This document shows positions 47,335-59,338 of a stretch of DNA of 64,000 nucleotides, in pieces. The notes beneath the pieces are model-generated. The model made no database searches, had not been told where the DNA came from, and saw only the letters and a program-made list of their open reading frames with translations. This stretch comes from Clostridia bacterium (lineage in GTDB: Bacteria > Bacillota > Clostridia > Oscillospirales > SIG627): the NCBI GenBank assembly GCA_017440805.1, contig JAFSGN010000021.1:510-64509 (forward strand). The letters run 5' to 3'. Position numbers and translations under genes: made by a program. The number at the start of each line of letters is the position of its first letter. The first letter of the stretch is position 1.

Positions 47335-47646
47335 ATGGCAAAGCAGAAAATCAGAGTAAGACTCAAGGCTTACGACCACACCCTTATTGACCAGTCTTCA
47401 GAGAAGATAGTCGAAACAGCCAAGCGCTTCGGAGCGAAAGTTTCCGGTCCGATACCGCTTCCCACTGAAAAAGAGATTATCACCATTCTCAGAGCGGTTC
47501 ATAAGTATAAGGATTCCCGTGAGCAATTTGAGTACCGCACTCACAAGAGACTTATCGACATTATCAATCCTTCCAAAGAAGCGGTTGATGCGCTTATGGG
47601 TCTCGAACTTCCTGCCGGCGTTGATCTTGAAATCAAGATGAACTAA
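47335..47646 (+). CDS. rpsJ: 30S ribosomal protein S10
   Basis: [15 protein letters not shown]... SD GAAGGAGG upstream. Confidence 0.97.
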   Translation: MAKQKIRVRLKAYDHTLIDQSSEKIVETAKRFGAKVSGPIPLPTEKEIITILRAVHKYKDSREQFEYRTHKRLIDIINPSKEAVDALMGLELPAGVDLEIKMN

Positions 47647-47717
47647 GAAAAGGAAGCAATTCACGGTCATGTTGAGCGGGGATGCTCAACCAATAACTGT
47701 TTAGGAGGATTTAAACC

Positions 47718-48347
47718 ATGAAAAAAGCAATTATCGGCAAAAAACTTGGTATGACACAGATTTTCGCTGAGAACGGTCAGGTTATTCCGGTTACCGTTAT
47801 TCAGGCAGGCCCCTGTGTTGTAACACAGAAGAAAACAATTGAAACAGACGGTTACTCTTCTGTACAGCTCGGCTACATGGATGTAGCAGAGAAAAAGGTT
47901 AATAAGCCTTTGGCAGGTCATTTCAAGAAAGCGAATGTTACCTGCAAGAAACACCTCAAGGAATTCAGACTTGATGATGCTGAAAACATGAATGTAGGCG
48001 ACGAAATCAAGGCTGATGTATTCGCAGCAGGCGATGCGGTTGATATAATCGGTACCTCAAAAGGTCACGGTTATACAGGTGCAATCAAACGCTGGAATCT
48101 CCATCACCTCAGAATGACTCACGGTACAGGTCCTGTACATCGTCAGTCAGGTTCTATGGGTGTTATTGACCCGGCCAGAATCTTTAAGAACAAAAAGATG
48201 GCAGGTCAATGGGGTAACGAGCGCGTTACCGTTCTTAACCTCGATGTGGTCAAGGTAGACGCAGAAAACAACCTTATCGCAGTTAAAGGTGCCGTTCCCG
48301 GTGCCAAAGGCGGTATCGTGTTTATCCGCAATACCATAAAGGCATAG
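47718..48347 (+). CDS. rplC: 50S ribosomal protein L3
   Basis: [16 protein letters not shown]... Conserved operon order. Confidence 0.97.
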   Translation: MKKAIIGKKLGMTQIFAENGQVIPVTVIQAGPCVVTQKKTIETDGYSSVQLGYMDVAEKKVNKPLAGHFKKANVTCKKHLKEFRLDDAENMNVGDEIKADVFAAGDAVDIIGTSKGHGYTGAIKRWNLHHLRMTHGTGPVHRQSGSMGVIDPARIFKNKKMAGQWGNERVTVLNLDVVKVDAENNLIAVKGAVPGAKGGIVFIRNTIKA

Positions 48348-48374
48348 CCTTAAAGGCAGAAGGGAGGAAATACA

Positions 48375-48998
48375 ATGCCAAATGTAAAAGTTTATGATAT
48401 GGCAGGAAAAGAAAGCGGTACTTTAACTCTTTCTGATGAAATATTCGGCGCAGAGATAAATACAGCGGTTCTTCACATGGCTGTCAAAGCATATTTAGCA
48501 AATCAGAGACAGGGCACACAGTCTACTCTGACTCGTGCGGAAGTTTCCGGCGGCGGTATCAAACCGTGGCGTCAGAAGGGAACAGGACGCGCAAGACAGG
48601 GTTCAACCCGTTCTCCTCAGTGGACACACGGTGGTGTGGCTCTTGGACCTAAGCCCAGAAGCTACAGACTCTGCCTTAACAAGAAAGTAAAGAGAATAGC
48701 ACTCAAGAGTGCTCTTTCCAGTAAAGTTGCGGCTGATGAAATGATTGTTATTTCAAATCTTGCTGCAACAGAGTATAAAACCAAAACAATGGTTGAAATG
48801 CTCAAAGCTGTTGGCGCTACTAAGAAAGCATTGGTTGTAATTCCCGGAGTTGATGAAAAGATTATCAAGTCTTTTGCAAATATCCCCGGTGTTAAAACAA
48901 CAACAGCAGACAATATCAATGTATACGATATTCTTAACTGCGATAAATTCATCGTGGCTCAGCCGGCAGTTCAAATCATCGAGGAGGTGTACGCATGA
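48375..48998 (+). CDS. rplD: 50S ribosomal protein L4
   Basis: Sequence and position match. KPWRQKGTGRARQGS motif. Confidence 0.97.
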   Translation: MPNVKVYDMAGKESGTLTLSDEIFGAEINTAVLHMAVKAYLANQRQGTQSTLTRAEVSGGGIKPWRQKGTGRARQGSTRSPQWTHGGVALGPKPRSYRLCLNKKVKRIALKSALSSKVAADEMIVISNLAATEYKTKTMVEMLKAVGATKKALVVIPGVDEKIIKSFANIPGVKTTTADNINVYDILNCDKFIVAQPAVQIIEEVYA

Positions 48999-49288
48999 AA
49001 ACATCTTACGATATTATAATCAGACCGGTTATTACCGAACAGAGCATGTCCGGTATAGCAGAGAAAAAATATGCGTTTGAAGTTGCAAAATCTGCTACAA
49101 AGATAGAGATTAAAAAAGCAGTTGAAGATGCATTTAAAGTTAATGTTGCAAAAGTAAACACAATCACAATGAAAAGCAAACCGAAAAGACTCGGCGTTCA
49201 TCAGGGTACAACAAGTGCATGGAAAAAGGCAGTGGTTACCCTTACCGAAAACTCCAAGACCATCGAGTTCTTTGACGGTATGATGTAA
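48995..49288 (+). CDS. rplW: 50S ribosomal protein L23
   Basis: Overlaps the rplD stop (ATGA). [10 protein letters not shown] motif. Confidence 0.96.
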   Translation: MKTSYDIIIRPVITEQSMSGIAEKKYAFEVAKSATKIEIKKAVEDAFKVNVAKVNTITMKSKPKRLGVHQGTTSAWKKAVVTLTENSKTIEFFDGMM

Positions 49289-49305
49289 TTCGGGAGGTAA
49301 GAATA

Positions 49306-50136
49306 ATGGCAATTAAAACTTATAAACCAACTACTCCTGCAAGAAGACAGATGACTGTTCAGTCTTTTGAAGAAATTACATCCAGAGTTCCCGAAAAAAG
49401 CTTGTTGACAGTTCTTAAAAAGCATGCAGGACGAAACAACACCGGACGCATTACCGTTCGTCATCACGGCGGCGGAAATCGTCAGAAATACAGAATCATC
49501 GACTTTAAGAGATTGAATGATGCCCCCGCAACAGTTATCGGAATTCATTATGACCCTAACCGTTCGGCTCATATCGCTCTCATCCAGTACGAAGACGGCA
49601 CAAAGAACTACATTATTGCTCCTGTTGGCATTAAAGTAGGCGACAAATTGCTCTCTTCCACTGAAGCAGATATTAAACCCGGTAACACTCTTCCCATTGC
49701 GAATATTCCTTTGGGTACTTTCATTCACAATATTGAACTTTATCCCGGCAAAGGTGCACAACTTGTAAGAAGTGCAGGTGCAGCCGCTCAGCTTATGGCT
49801 AAAGAAAACGGCATGGCACAGGTTCGTCTTCCTTCCGGCGAGGTTCGTTACATTCGTTTTGAGTGCAAGGCTACTATCGGTCAGGTAGGAAACCTTGAAT
49901 ATGAAAATGTGAACATTGGTAAGGCGGGTAAGAAACGCCACATGGGTATTCGTCCTACAGTACGCGGTTCAGTTATGAACCCCTGTGACCATCCTCACGG
50001 TGGTGGTGAAGGACGCTCTCCTATCGGTAGACCTTCTCCTGTTACACCTTGGGGTAAACCCACTCTCGGTTATAAGACCAGAAACAAAAAGGCTCGTACC
50101 AATAAGTTCATTGTAAAACGCAGAAACGATAAGTAA
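49306..50136 (+). CDS. rplB: 50S ribosomal protein L2
   Basis: [14 protein letters not shown]...HPHGGGEG. Confidence 0.98.
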   Translation: MAIKTYKPTTPARRQMTVQSFEEITSRVPEKSLLTVLKKHAGRNNTGRITVRHHGGGNRQKYRIIDFKRLNDAPATVIGIHYDPNRSAHIALIQYEDGTKNYIIAPVGIKVGDKLLSSTEADIKPGNTLPIANIPLGTFIHNIELYPGKGAQLVRSAGAAAQLMAKENGMAQVRLPSGEVRYIRFECKATIGQVGNLEYENVNIGKAGKKRHMGIRPTVRGSVMNPCDHPHGGGEGRSPIGRPSPVTPWGKPTLGYKTRNKKARTNKFIVKRRNDK

Positions 50137-50160
50137 TCTGTCACGAAAGGAGAAAGCATA

Positions 50161-50436
50161 ATGAGCAGAAGCGTAAAAAAAGGCCCGTTCGTGCATGAAA
50201 AACTTTTTGCACAAATCGAAGCGATGAATGCAAACAAAGAAAAGAAAGTCGTTAAGACCTGGTCTCGTGCATCTACAATATTCCCTGAATTTGTAGGACA
50301 TACAATCGCGGTTTACGACGGCAAAAAGCATGTTCCGGTTTATGTGACAGAAGACATGGTAGGTCACAAATTGGGCGAATTCGCACCGACAAGAACCTTT
50401 AAGGGCCATTCCGGTTCAAAAACATCTAATTCATAA
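50161..50436 (+). CDS. rpsS: 30S ribosomal protein S19
   Basis: [11 protein letters not shown]... Confidence 0.97.
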   Translation: MSRSVKKGPFVHEKLFAQIEAMNANKEKKVVKTWSRASTIFPEFVGHTIAVYDGKKHVPVYVTEDMVGHKLGEFAPTRTFKGHSGSKTSNS

Positions 50437-50492
50437 TAAACGGGTATAACCCGCAGTGATTTTTTCGATAAAGCGAAAGGAGGCAACACTGC

Positions 50493-50840
50493 ATGGCAGA
50501 AGTAAAGATTGCCAAAGCATATCGTGAGGGAATAAGAATTGCTCCCAGAAAAATCTCGATTGTGCTTGACTTAATCAGAAACAAAGATACCAAGCTTGCA
50601 CGTGCCATATTAAAGAACACACCGAAAAGCGCATCGCCGTATCTCGTAAAAATGCTTGACGAGGCTGTGGCAAACGCTCAGAATAATTTCAATATGGACC
50701 CGGAAAAACTTTATGTTTGCGAGTGCAATGTAACCGCTGGCAGAACAATGAAGCGTATGATGCCCAGAGCACAGGGCCGCGGATTCCGCATATTGAAGAG
50801 ATCTTCTCATGTGACTATCAAGGTCGCAGAGAAAGAATAA
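50493..50840 (+). CDS. rplV: 50S ribosomal protein L22
   Basis: [18 protein letters not shown] motif and operon position. Confidence 0.96.
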   Translation: MAEVKIAKAYREGIRIAPRKISIVLDLIRNKDTKLARAILKNTPKSASPYLVKMLDEAVANAQNNFNMDPEKLYVCECNVTAGRTMKRMMPRAQGRGFRILKRSSHVTIKVAEKE

Positions 50841-50859
50841 GAAGAAGGAGGTTAATGTA

Positions 50860-51564
50860 ATGGGTCAGAAAGTTAATCCACACGGCTTACGTGTTGGTGT
50901 AATTAAAGGCTGGGATTCGAGATGGTACGCTAAAGATGAAGAATTTGGCGATGTTCTCGTTTCGGACTACAACCTTAGAAAGTATTTAAACTCTAAGGCA
51001 AACCTTGCTCAGGCAGGTATTGCTAAGATAGAAATCGAACGCGACGCAGCGCGTGTAAGAGTAATTCTTCACTGTGCAAAACCCGGTATCGTAATCGGTC
51101 ACCAGGGCTCAGAAATAGAAAAACTTCGTACAGATGTTGTTAATTTCCTTAATGACGGCAAACAGGTTTCTGTAAATGTAATCGAAGTTAAAAACCCCGA
51201 TCTCAACTCACAGTTGGTTGCTGAAAATATCGCAACACAATTGGAAAAGAGAATTTCATTCAGACGCGCAATGAAACAGTGCATCGGAAGAACTATGAAA
51301 CTCGGTGCAAGAGGAATTAAAATTCAGTGCAGCGGCCGTCTTGGCGGTGCTGAAATTGCTCGTTCCGAACATTACCACGAAGGTACAATTCCGCTTCAGA
51401 CTATCAGAGCAGATATTGATTACGGCTTTGCAGAAGCAAATACTACCTACGGTAAAATCGGTATAAAAGTATGGATTTACAAAGGTGAGGTTCTCAATGA
51501 AGTCAGAAGACAGAACAACAGAAGAGAACGCTCCAACAACAATCGTGAAGGAGGTAGAAGATAA
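50860..51564 (+). CDS. rpsC: 30S ribosomal protein S3
   Basis: [13 protein letters not shown]... Confidence 0.98.
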   Translation: MGQKVNPHGLRVGVIKGWDSRWYAKDEEFGDVLVSDYNLRKYLNSKANLAQAGIAKIEIERDAARVRVILHCAKPGIVIGHQGSEIEKLRTDVVNFLNDGKQVSVNVIEVKNPDLNSQLVAENIATQLEKRISFRRAMKQCIGRTMKLGARGIKIQCSGRLGGAEIARSEHYHEGTIPLQTIRADIDYGFAEANTTYGKIGIKVWIYKGEVLNEVRRQNNRRERSNNNREGGRR

Positions 51565-51995
51565 TGTTGATGCCTAAGAGAGTTAAGTACAGACGCGTTC
51601 ATCGCGGAAGACTTACAGGTCGTGCATACAGAGGCAACAAGATTACCAACGGTTCATTCGGCTTAGTTGCAATGGAACCTGCTTGGATTACCTCTAATCA
51701 GATTGAGGCTGCCCGTATTGCCATGACAAGATATGTAAAGCGTGGCGGTAATGTTTGGATAAAAATATTCCCGGACAAGCCTGTGACAGAAAAACCTGCT
51801 GAAACTCGTATGGGTTCCGGTAAAGGTTCACCTGAATACTGGGTTGCAGTTGTAAAACCCGGAAGAGTTATGTTTGAAATGGACGGAATTTCTGAAGAGC
51901 AGGCTAAAGAGGCAATGCGTCTTGCTTCTCACAAACTTCCTATCAAATGTAAATTCTACACCAAAGAACAGCTTGAGGAGGTAGCAAAGCAATGA
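51564..51995 (+). CDS. rplP: 50S ribosomal protein L16
   Basis: [15 protein letters not shown]... The start overlaps the rpsC stop (TAATG). Confidence 0.97.
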   Translation: MLMPKRVKYRRVHRGRLTGRAYRGNKITNGSFGLVAMEPAWITSNQIEAARIAMTRYVKRGGNVWIKIFPDKPVTEKPAETRMGSGKGSPEYWVAVVKPGRVMFEMDGISEEQAKEAMRLASHKLPIKCKFYTKEQLEEVAKQ

Positions 51996-52195
51996 TTAAA
52001 ATTAACGAAATACGCGAAAAGTCTACCGAAGAGCTGAACAAACAGCTTCTTGAACTGAAGAATGAACTTTTCAATCTCCGCTTCCAGCACGCCGTAAATC
52101 AGTTGGACAATCCGCAGAAGATTGTTGAAACAAAGAAAACCATCGCAAAGATAATGACAGTTCTTCGCGAAAAGGAAATTGCGGCAAATAAATAA
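51992..52195 (+). CDS. rpmC: 50S ribosomal protein L29
   Basis: [12 protein letters not shown] motif. ATGA overlap with rplP. Confidence 0.95.
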   Translation: MIKINEIREKSTEELNKQLLELKNELFNLRFQHAVNQLDNPQKIVETKKTIAKIMTVLREKEIAANK

Positions 52196-52227
52196 TTTAT
52201 TTATAATTGTGGAAAGGAGTATCAATA

Positions 52228-52482
52228 ATGGAAAGAACTCTCAGAAAAACAAGAGTCGGTAAGGTTGTCAGCGACAAAATGGATAAGACCATTGTAGTTG
52301 CTATTCAGGACAACATCAAACACCCTGTTTATAATAAAATTGTAAAAAGAACTGTAAAGTTCAAAGCACATGATGAAAACAACGAGTGCCGAATCGGTGA
52401 TACTGTTGAAATCATGGAAACAAGACCTCTTTCGAAAGAAAAGAGATGGCGTCTTGTTGAAATTATAGAAAAGGCTAAATAA
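52228..52482 (+). CDS. rpsQ: 30S ribosomal protein S17
   Basis: [24 protein letters not shown]. The start is taken at the ATG behind SD AAAGGAG. Confidence 0.96.
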   Translation: MERTLRKTRVGKVVSDKMDKTIVVAIQDNIKHPVYNKIVKRTVKFKAHDENNECRIGDTVEIMETRPLSKEKRWRLVEIIEKAK

Positions 52483-52509
52483 TTTACCGTTTGAAGGAGG
52501 ATACACAAA

Positions 52510-52878
52510 ATGATACAGCAACAAAGTTTCATGAAGGTTGCCGACAATACCGGCGCCAAAGAATTGATGTGCATCCGTGTTCTCGGCGGTACAGGAAGAC
52601 GTTATGCTAACATCGGCGATGTCGTAGTGGCTTCAGTTAAAAAAGCAACACCCGGCGGTGTTGTAAAAAAAGGCGAGGTTGTTAAAGCAGTTATCGTCAG
52701 AAGCGTTAAAGGCATTCGCAGAGCGGACGGTTCTTATGTCAAATTCGACGAGAACGCAGCTGTTATAATCAAAGATGACAAAAATCCCAGGGGTACACGT
52801 ATATTTGGCCCTGTTGCAAGAGAGCTTCGTGAAAAGGATTATCTTAAGATATTATCCTTGGCACCCGAAGTACTTTAA
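52510..52878 (+). CDS. rplN: 50S ribosomal protein L14
   Basis: [18 protein letters not shown]... Confidence 0.98.
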   Translation: MIQQQSFMKVADNTGAKELMCIRVLGGTGRRYANIGDVVVASVKKATPGGVVKKGEVVKAVIVRSVKGIRRADGSYVKFDENAAVIIKDDKNPRGTRIFGPVARELREKDYLKILSLAPEVL

Positions 52879-52892
52879 TAGGGGGTAAGAAA

Positions 52893-53210
52893 ATGAATAA
52901 ACTTCACATTAAGAAGGATGACACAGTAGTTGTTATCTCCGGAAATTCCAAGGGTACTAAAGGCAAGGTTATTGAAGTTAGCCCCAAGGAAGGAAAAGTA
53001 ATAGTTGAAGGCGCAAACATCGTATCCAAGCATGTTAAGCCCCGTAAACAGGGTGAAGCAGGAGGTATAATTAAAACAGAGGGAGCGATTTACGCTGCTA
53101 AAGTTCAGTTGTACTGCCCTAAATGCGATAAAGGCGTCAGAGTAAAACACGCCGTTCTTGCAAGCGGTGAAAAGGTTCGCGTTTGTGCAAAATGCGGCGA
53201 AAATCTTTAA
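52893..53210 (+). CDS. rplX: 50S ribosomal protein L24
   Basis: KOW motif KKDDTVVVISGNSKGTKGKV. Confidence 0.96.
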   Translation: MNKLHIKKDDTVVVISGNSKGTKGKVIEVSPKEGKVIVEGANIVSKHVKPRKQGEAGGIIKTEGAIYAAKVQLYCPKCDKGVRVKHAVLASGEKVRVCAKCGENL

Positions 53211-53231
53211 TAACGAGGGAGGAAAAACAAC

Positions 53232-53774
53232 ATGGCAAGATTAAGAGATTTTTATAACCAGGAAGTTGCTCCCGCGTTGATGAAGAAATTCGAATATAAG
53301 AGTCCTATGCAGATTCCTAAATTCGATAAAGTGGTTATCAACATCGGTGCGGGCGATGCTAAAGATAACTCCAAAGTTATTGACAGCATCATTACCGACC
53401 TTACTGCAATTTCCGGTCAGAAGGCAGTTGCAACAGTGGCTAAAAAGTCAGTTGCAAACTTTAAACTTCGTGCCGGCATGAAAATCGGTGCAAAAGTTAC
53501 TCTTCGCGGCGAAAGAATGTATGAGTTCATTGATAGATTTTTCAATCTCGCACTTCCCCGTGTTCGTGACTTTAAGGGAATCAATCCCGACGGTTTTGAC
53601 GGCAGAGGCAACTATTCCGTAGGTATCAAGGAACAACTTATTTTCCCTGAAATCGATTATGATAAAATTGATAAAATCAGAGGAATGGATATCTGCTTTG
53701 TTACCACAGCGAAGACAGACGAAGAAGCACGCGAACTTTTGACCCTTATGGGTGCACCGTTCGCTAAAAACTAA
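53232..53774 (+). CDS. rplE: 50S ribosomal protein L5
   Basis: Sequence and operon position. Confidence 0.97.
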   Translation: MARLRDFYNQEVAPALMKKFEYKSPMQIPKFDKVVINIGAGDAKDNSKVIDSIITDLTAISGQKAVATVAKKSVANFKLRAGMKIGAKVTLRGERMYEFIDRFFNLALPRVRDFKGINPDGFDGRGNYSVGIKEQLIFPEIDYDKIDKIRGMDICFVTTAKTDEEARELLTLMGAPFAKN

Positions 53775-53788
53775 GGGAGGGGAACAAA

Positions 53789-53974
53789 ATGGCAAAGAAA
53801 GCAATGATTTTGAAGCAGCAGAAAAAGCAGAAGTTTTCTACCAGAGAATATAACAGATGCAAAATCTGCGGCCGTCCCCATGCATATCTTCGCAAATACG
53901 GCGTTTGCCGAATTTGCTTCCGCGAACTTGCTTACAAGGGACAGATACCCGGTGTAAGAAAAGCAAGCTGGTAA
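53789..53974 (+). CDS. rpsN: 30S ribosomal protein S14, type Z (zinc-binding, 61 aa)
   Basis: [21 protein letters not shown] contains CxxC...CxxC. Confidence 0.96.
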   Translation: MAKKAMILKQQKKQKFSTREYNRCKICGRPHAYLRKYGVCRICFRELAYKGQIPGVRKASW

Positions 53975-54034
53975 ACATGTAAAATATGCGCACAAGTGCA
54001 AAAGCATACTATGCGCGAAATGGAGGATATATAA

Positions 54035-54433
54035 ATGCAAATAACAGATGCAATTGCAGATATGCTTACAAGAATTCGTAATGCCAACTCTGCAAAACAC
54101 GAAACTGTTGATATTCCTTGCTCAAATGTAAAGAAGGCTATTGCCGACATACTTCTTGAAGAAGGATATATTAAAGGTTTCCAGGTAATTGAGGATTCAA
54201 AACAGGGTATTATCAGAGTTGCCCTCAAGTATGGTCCAAAGAAACAAAAAATTATTCAGGGTGTAAAGAGAGTTTCCAAACCCGGTCTTCGTATCTATTC
54301 AAGTTGCGAGGATTTGCCCAGAGTAATGAAAGGTCTTGGAGTGGCAATTATTTCTACATCCAAGGGTATTATGACTGACAAAAACGCAAGAAAACAAAAT
54401 GTTGGCGGTGAAGTTCTCGCCTTCATATGGTAG
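54035..54433 (+). CDS. rpsH: 30S ribosomal protein S8
   Basis: [14 protein letters not shown] motif. Confidence 0.97.
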   Translation: MQITDAIADMLTRIRNANSAKHETVDIPCSNVKKAIADILLEEGYIKGFQVIEDSKQGIIRVALKYGPKKQKIIQGVKRVSKPGLRIYSSCEDLPRVMKGLGVAIISTSKGIMTDKNARKQNVGGEVLAFIW

Positions 54434-54446
54434 GAGGAATACGACT

Positions 54447-54983
54447 ATGTCAAGAATAGGTAGAATGCCGGTCGCTATTCCTGCCGGTGTAAAAGTTACT
54501 TTAAATGATAATGTAATTACAGTTAAAGGCCCCAAAGGCGAACTTACACAGGCACTTCACAGCGATATGGTTGTTAATGTAAGCGAAAAAGAAATTACTG
54601 TTACTCGTCCTTCGGAAGAGAAGCGGCATAAGGCTCTCCATGGTCTTACCCGTACACTTATCTACAATATGGTTGTAGGTGTAACTGATGGCTTTACAAA
54701 GCAGCTTGAAGTTAACGGTGTAGGTTTCAGAGCAGCAAAACAGGGTAAGGAAGTTGTTTTAAACCTCGGTTTTTCACACGATGTTGTTATTCCGGAAATT
54801 GCCGGCATCACCATCGATGTTCCTAACCCCAATCTTCTCGTAGTTTCCGGTGCCGACAAACAGAAGGTAGGTCAGATTGCGGCAGAAATTCGTGCCAAGA
54901 GACCTCCGGAACCCTATTTGGGTAAAGGTATCAAATATAGCGACGAAACAATTCGCCGCAAATCCGGTAAAGCCGGTAAGTAA
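54447..54983 (+). CDS. rplF: 50S ribosomal protein L6
   Basis: MSRIGRMPVAIPAGVKV. The start is at the ATG behind SD GGAGGA, not the upstream ATG in the ORF track. Confidence 0.96.
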   Translation: MSRIGRMPVAIPAGVKVTLNDNVITVKGPKGELTQALHSDMVVNVSEKEITVTRPSEEKRHKALHGLTRTLIYNMVVGVTDGFTKQLEVNGVGFRAAKQGKEVVLNLGFSHDVVIPEIAGITIDVPNPNLLVVSGADKQKVGQIAAEIRAKRPPEPYLGKGIKYSDETIRRKSGKAGK

Positions 54984-55001
54984 AGAAAGGAGTGGACATA
55001 G

Positions 55002-55361
55002 ATGGTCAGCAGAGTTGATACAAACAAAAAGAGACTTAAAAGACATAAAAGAGTTCGTGCGAAAATTTCCGGTACTGCTTCCAAACCCCGTCTTTGCGTA
55101 TACCGTTCTCTTAAGAATATGTGCGTACAGATAATTGATGATGTAGCAGGCGCAACACTCGTTTCCGCTTCCACCCTTGAAAAAGGCTTTGACGGTTACG
55201 GCGGAAATAAAGAAGCTGCCAAAAAACTCGGTGCTGTAATTGCTGAAAAGGCAAAAGCAAAGGGTATTGAAGAAGTGGTATTTGACCGTGGCGGTTATTT
55301 GTACCACGGACGCATCAAAGAACTTGCAGACAGCGCAAGAGAAAACGGTCTTAAATTCTAA
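55002..55361 (+). CDS. rplR: 50S ribosomal protein L18
   Basis: [12 protein letters not shown]...RLCVYRS motif. Confidence 0.96.
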   Translation: MVSRVDTNKKRLKRHKRVRAKISGTASKPRLCVYRSLKNMCVQIIDDVAGATLVSASTLEKGFDGYGGNKEAAKKLGAVIAEKAKAKGIEEVVFDRGGYLYHGRIKELADSARENGLKF

Positions 55362-55386
55362 GAATTTAACGTAATAGGAGGTAATT

Positions 55387-55893
55387 ATGGCAGTAAGAAT
55401 AGATGCGGCAAACCTCAAAGAATTAAAAGAGGTTGTCGTTGATGTTAAAAGTGTTTCTAAGACAGTCAAGGGCGGACGCGTTCGTAAGTTTACCGCACTT
55501 GTAGTTGTAGGCGATGAAAACGGTCATGTTGGATGCGGCCTTGGCAAAGCATCTGAAAGACCGGAAGCCGTTAGAAAAGGCATAGAAGACGCAAAGAAAA
55601 ACATTATCGAAGTGTCTCTCAAAGGAACAACAATTCCTCACGAGATAATCGGTAAATTCGGTGCAGGCGAAGTTCTCCTCAAGCCGGCTGCTCCCGGTAC
55701 CGGTGTTATTGCAGGCGGTAAGGTAAGAAGCGTGCTTGATATGGTAGGTATTCGCGATGTTCGTACAAAATGCCTTCGTTCCAACAACCCCACAAATGTT
55801 GTAAAAGCAACATTTGAAGGTCTTCGTACTTTGAGAACAGTTGAACAGGTTGCTAAAATGAGAAATATAGAACCTGAACAGATAACAGACTGA
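55387..55893 (+). CDS. rpsE: 30S ribosomal protein S5
   Basis: [17 protein letters not shown] motif. Confidence 0.97.
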   Translation: MAVRIDAANLKELKEVVVDVKSVSKTVKGGRVRKFTALVVVGDENGHVGCGLGKASERPEAVRKGIEDAKKNIIEVSLKGTTIPHEIIGKFGAGEVLLKPAAPGTGVIAGGKVRSVLDMVGIRDVRTKCLRSNNPTNVVKATFEGLRTLRTVEQVAKMRNIEPEQITD

Positions 55894-55927
55894 TAATCAA
55901 ACTTTGTTTGTTGAAAGGAATGGTGTT

Positions 55928-56110
55928 ATGGCAAATTTAAAAATCACACTTGCCAAGAGCCTTATTGGTCGTCTTGACAAGCAGATAAAAACAGCCGCTT
56001 CACTTGGTTTGAAAAAGATTAACGATGTTACCGTTCAACCCGACAATGCGGCAACACAAGGAAAAATATCTACTATAAGTCATCTTGTTACAGTTGAAAA
56101 AGTTGACTGA
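55928..56110 (+). CDS. rpmD: 50S ribosomal protein L30
   Basis: [15 protein letters not shown]..., 60 aa. Confidence 0.94.
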   Translation: MANLKITLAKSLIGRLDKQIKTAASLGLKKINDVTVQPDNAATQGKISTISHLVTVEKVD

Positions 56111-56150
56111 TTTAACCAAAAACAAATTTGTTGACAAGGAGGACAATTCC

Positions 56151-56594
56151 ATGAAGCTTCATGAACTTTCACCGGCTCCCGGTTCCAATAAACCGGCATG
56201 GCGCAAGGGAAGAGGTGCCGGATCCGGTAACGGTAAGACTGCCGGCAGAGGCCATAAAGGTCAGAACGCCCGTTCCGGCGGTGGCGTAAGACCCGGTTTT
56301 GAGGGTGGTCAGATTCCCACCTACAGAAGACTTCCCAAGCGTGGTTTCGATAATAGCAGATTTGCTACTAAATATGCCATTATTAATATTGGAGATTTAA
56401 ATGTTTTTGAGGATGGTGCAGTAATCAATATTGTATCACTTGTTGAAAACGGCATGATTGGCAAGGTGTACGATGGTTTAAAGGTTTTGGGTGATGGTGA
56501 GTTGACAAAGAAACTTACAGTTCAGGCAAAAACTTTTTCCGCACAGGCCAAGTCAAAAATCGAAGCTGCAGGCGGAAAGACAGAGGTGATTTAA
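56151..56594 (+). CDS. rplO: 50S ribosomal protein L15
   Basis: [14 protein letters not shown]...GRGHKGQ. SD AAGGAGGA upstream. Confidence 0.96.
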   Translation: MKLHELSPAPGSNKPAWRKGRGAGSGNGKTAGRGHKGQNARSGGGVRPGFEGGQIPTYRRLPKRGFDNSRFATKYAIINIGDLNVFEDGAVINIVSLVENGMIGKVYDGLKVLGDGELTKKLTVQAKTFSAQAKSKIEAAGGKTEVI

Positions 56595-57896
56595 TTGATT
56601 AAAACTCTGCAAACCGCATTTAAAATACCGGAAATCAGAAACAAGATAGTATTTACTCTCTTCATTCTTGTATTGTTCAGAATAGGATGTGCAATTCCCG
56701 TACCGTTCATCAATGCTCCCGCATTGCAGAACTTGTTTACTGAAACTGCTCAGGGTTCTATCATACAGTATATGAATATACTTTCCGGTGACGCGCTTTC
56801 AAAAGCGACATTGTTCGCACTCTCTATTTCGCCTTACATTACTGCATCAATCGTTATGCAACTTTTGGCGATAGCAATTCCTGCTCTTGAAAAATTGCAG
56901 AAAGAGGGAGAAGAGGGCAGAAAGAAAATCAATCAAATCACAAGATATCTCACAGTTGTACTCGGTCTCATAACAGGTATAGGTTACTATACTTACCTCA
57001 GAGCAAACGGTTTATTGATGCCCAATACCGGATTCTTTGAAGCGGTTGTAATCGTTGCATGTTATTCATCCGGTGCATCACTCATCATGTGGTTGGGTGA
57101 AAAAATTAACGAAAATGGAACAGGAAACGGTATATCCCTGATACTTTTTGTTAATATCGTTGCCGGACTTCCCGCACAGTTCTCAGGTGTACCCTTGATG
57201 TTCAAGGAAAATGCACTCAAAGGAATTGTAGCAGGTGCAGTTGTTATTATACTTGCAGTTGCAATAGTTGCTTTTGTAGTATATATGACAGAGTCCGAAA
57301 GAAGAATACCTGTTCAGTACGCAAAGAAACAGATAGGAACAAAAATGTACGGCGGTCAAAGCACACACCTGCCACTTAAACTCAATATGTCAGGTGTAAT
57401 GCCTATCATTTTTGCTTCTTCCATTGTATCAATCCCCGGAACAATTCTTATGTTCTTCCCGAACAAGAATGCTTTCTGGACGGGATTTGAAAGAGTATTT
57501 TCTTATACAAGTCCCCTTTATTCTGTTGTACTTTTCATTCTTATAATTGCTTTCTCTTATTTCTATCTTGCAATTTCCTTCAATCCCATGGAAGTGGCAA
57601 ACAATCTTAAGAGAAACGGTGGATCCATCCCCGGAATCCGCCCCGGTAAGCCTACTGTTGATTACATCACCAAGTCGCTTAACCGTATAACATTGATTGG
57701 TGCATTTTTCCTTAGTGCAATTGCGATAATTCCGTTTGTTCTCAATGCAATATTTATGGTTGTTGGTTGGAACAGTATCGGTGCTATGGCATTCGGTGGT
57801 ACATCCTTACTGATTATTGTAGGTGTTGCACTCGAAACAGTACGCGATATTGAAGCGCAAATCACTATGAGACACTATAAAGGATTTCTTGGATAA
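56595..57896 (+). CDS. secY: Preprotein translocase subunit SecY
   Basis: 433 aa, 10 TM. TTG start immediately after the rplO stop, with GAGGTG upstream. Confidence 0.96.
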   Translation: MIKTLQTAFKIPEIRNKIVFTLFILVLFRIGCAIPVPFINAPALQNLFTETAQGSIIQYMNILSGDALSKATLFALSISPYITASIVMQLLAIAIPALEKLQKEGEEGRKKINQITRYLTVVLGLITGIGYYTYLRANGLLMPNTGFFEAVVIVACYSSGASLIMWLGEKINENGTGNGISLILFVNIVAGLPAQFSGVPLMFKENALKGIVAGAVVIILAVAIVAFVVYMTESERRIPVQYAKKQIGTKMYGGQSTHLPLKLNMSGVMPIIFASSIVSIPGTILMFFPNKNAFWTGFERVFSYTSPLYSVVLFILIIAFSYFYLAISFNPMEVANNLKRNGGSIPGIRPGKPTVDYITKSLNRITLIGAFFLSAIAIIPFVLNAIFMVVGWNSIGAMAFGGTSLLIIVGVALETVRDIEAQITMRHYKGFLG

Positions 57897-57925
57897 GCCT
57901 GAACAGATTATGAAAGGAAACTGAT

Positions 57926-58561
57926 ATGAAAATAATTTTTTTAGGTGCCCCGGGAGCAGGAAAAGGAACTCAGGCAGAAATTGTAAGTGAGAAACTTTCC
58001 ATTCCCACTATTTCTACCGGTGCCATAATTCGTGAGGCAATTAAAGCAAAAACGGAAATGGGACTTTCGGCCCAGGTGGCTATTGAGAAGGGCGAACTTG
58101 TTTCTGATGAAATCGTAATCGGTATCATCAAAGACAGAATCGTTCAGGATGACTGTAAAAACGGATTTATTTTAGACGGTTTCCCAAGAACAATTTCTCA
58201 GGCGGAAGCCCTTGAAAAAATGGGCGTAACAATTGATAAGGTAGTCAATATTTATGTATCTGACGAAGATATAGTAAAGCGAATGAGTGGAAGACGCGTT
58301 TGTTCGTCTTGCGGAGCAAGTTATCATACAGTTTTTAAACCTACAAAGGATAATAAAACCTGTGATAAATGTAATGCTGAACTTACAATCAGAAAAGACG
58401 ATGCTCCTGATGTAGTGAAAAGCAGACTTGTTGTGTACCACGAGCAAACCGCACCGCTTGAAGCCTTCTATGACAAAAAAGGAATTCTTGTTACCGTTGA
58501 AGGACAGGAAGAACTTGAAGATACAACAAAATTGACTCTGAAGGCGTTAGATATTAAATGA
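57926..58561 (+). CDS. adk: Adenylate kinase (zinc-lid type)
   Basis: GAPGAGKGTQ P-loop. CSSCGASYH...CDKC lid. Confidence 0.97.
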   Translation: MKIIFLGAPGAGKGTQAEIVSEKLSIPTISTGAIIREAIKAKTEMGLSAQVAIEKGELVSDEIVIGIIKDRIVQDDCKNGFILDGFPRTISQAEALEKMGVTIDKVVNIYVSDEDIVKRMSGRRVCSSCGASYHTVFKPTKDNKTCDKCNAELTIRKDDAPDVVKSRLVVYHEQTAPLEAFYDKKGILVTVEGQEELEDTTKLTLKALDIK

Positions 58562-59304
58562 TTATACTAAAGACATCAAGTCAAATAGAACTTATGCGTG
58601 AAGCGGGAAAGATAACAGGTGCAGCCTTACAGACAGGTGGAGAAATGGTTAAAGAGGGAGTTTCTCTCATAACTATAGATCGTAAAATCCGCACCTTTAT
58701 TGAATCCCACGGCGCAAAACCTTCTTTTCTCGGTTATGCCGGATTTCCGGCTTCAGCATGCATCAGTGTAAACAGTGAAGTGATTCACGGAATACCTGGT
58801 GACAGAGTTCTTAAAAACGGCGATATAGTAAAAATTGATGTGGGTGCCTGTTATAAAGGTTATCACGGTGACAGTGCCAACACCTTTGCGGTGGGAGAAA
58901 TATCACCTGATGCACAAAAACTCATAGAGGTTACCAAACAAAGCTTTTATAACGGAGTTGCAAAAATTCAGGAAGGTTGTCGTGTGGGCGATATTTCGGC
59001 GGCAATTCAGGAGACTGCAGAAAGCAATGGCTTTTCAGTAGTTCGCGATTATGTCGGGCACGGAGTAGGAAAAAATCTGCACGAAGAACCGGATGTTCCG
59101 AATTTCGGACGGGCAGGACGGGGACCAAGAATAGTAAAAAATATGACATTTGCTATAGAACCTATGGTTTGTATAGGAGATTATCATGTTAAAATTCTTG
59201 AAAATGATTGGACGGTTGTCACTGTTGACGGTTCGCTTTCGGCACATTATGAACATACTGTTGCACTCACCGATAACGGCGTTGAGCTGCTGACTTTGTT
59301 ATAA
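58558..59304 (+). CDS. map: Type I methionine aminopeptidase
   Basis: ATGA overlap with adk. HGIP...D..D...H...E..E metal ligand pattern. Confidence 0.96.
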   Translation: MIILKTSSQIELMREAGKITGAALQTGGEMVKEGVSLITIDRKIRTFIESHGAKPSFLGYAGFPASACISVNSEVIHGIPGDRVLKNGDIVKIDVGACYKGYHGDSANTFAVGEISPDAQKLIEVTKQSFYNGVAKIQEGCRVGDISAAIQETAESNGFSVVRDYVGHGVGKNLHEEPDVPNFGRAGRGPRIVKNMTFAIEPMVCIGDYHVKILENDWTVVTVDGSLSAHYEHTVALTDNGVELLTLL

Positions 59305-59338
59305 TGTTTTCTCAACAATAAATGGAGGGCTGTATTTA

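Noticed and set aside
53975-54034. The 60-nt rpsN-rpsH spacer with direct TATGCGC repeats and a short TATGC/GCATA stem, considered as a possible S8 autoregulatory site.
   Set aside because: The stem is only 5 bp, and I cannot relate it to the known S8 binding motif by eye. This is too weak without comparative data.
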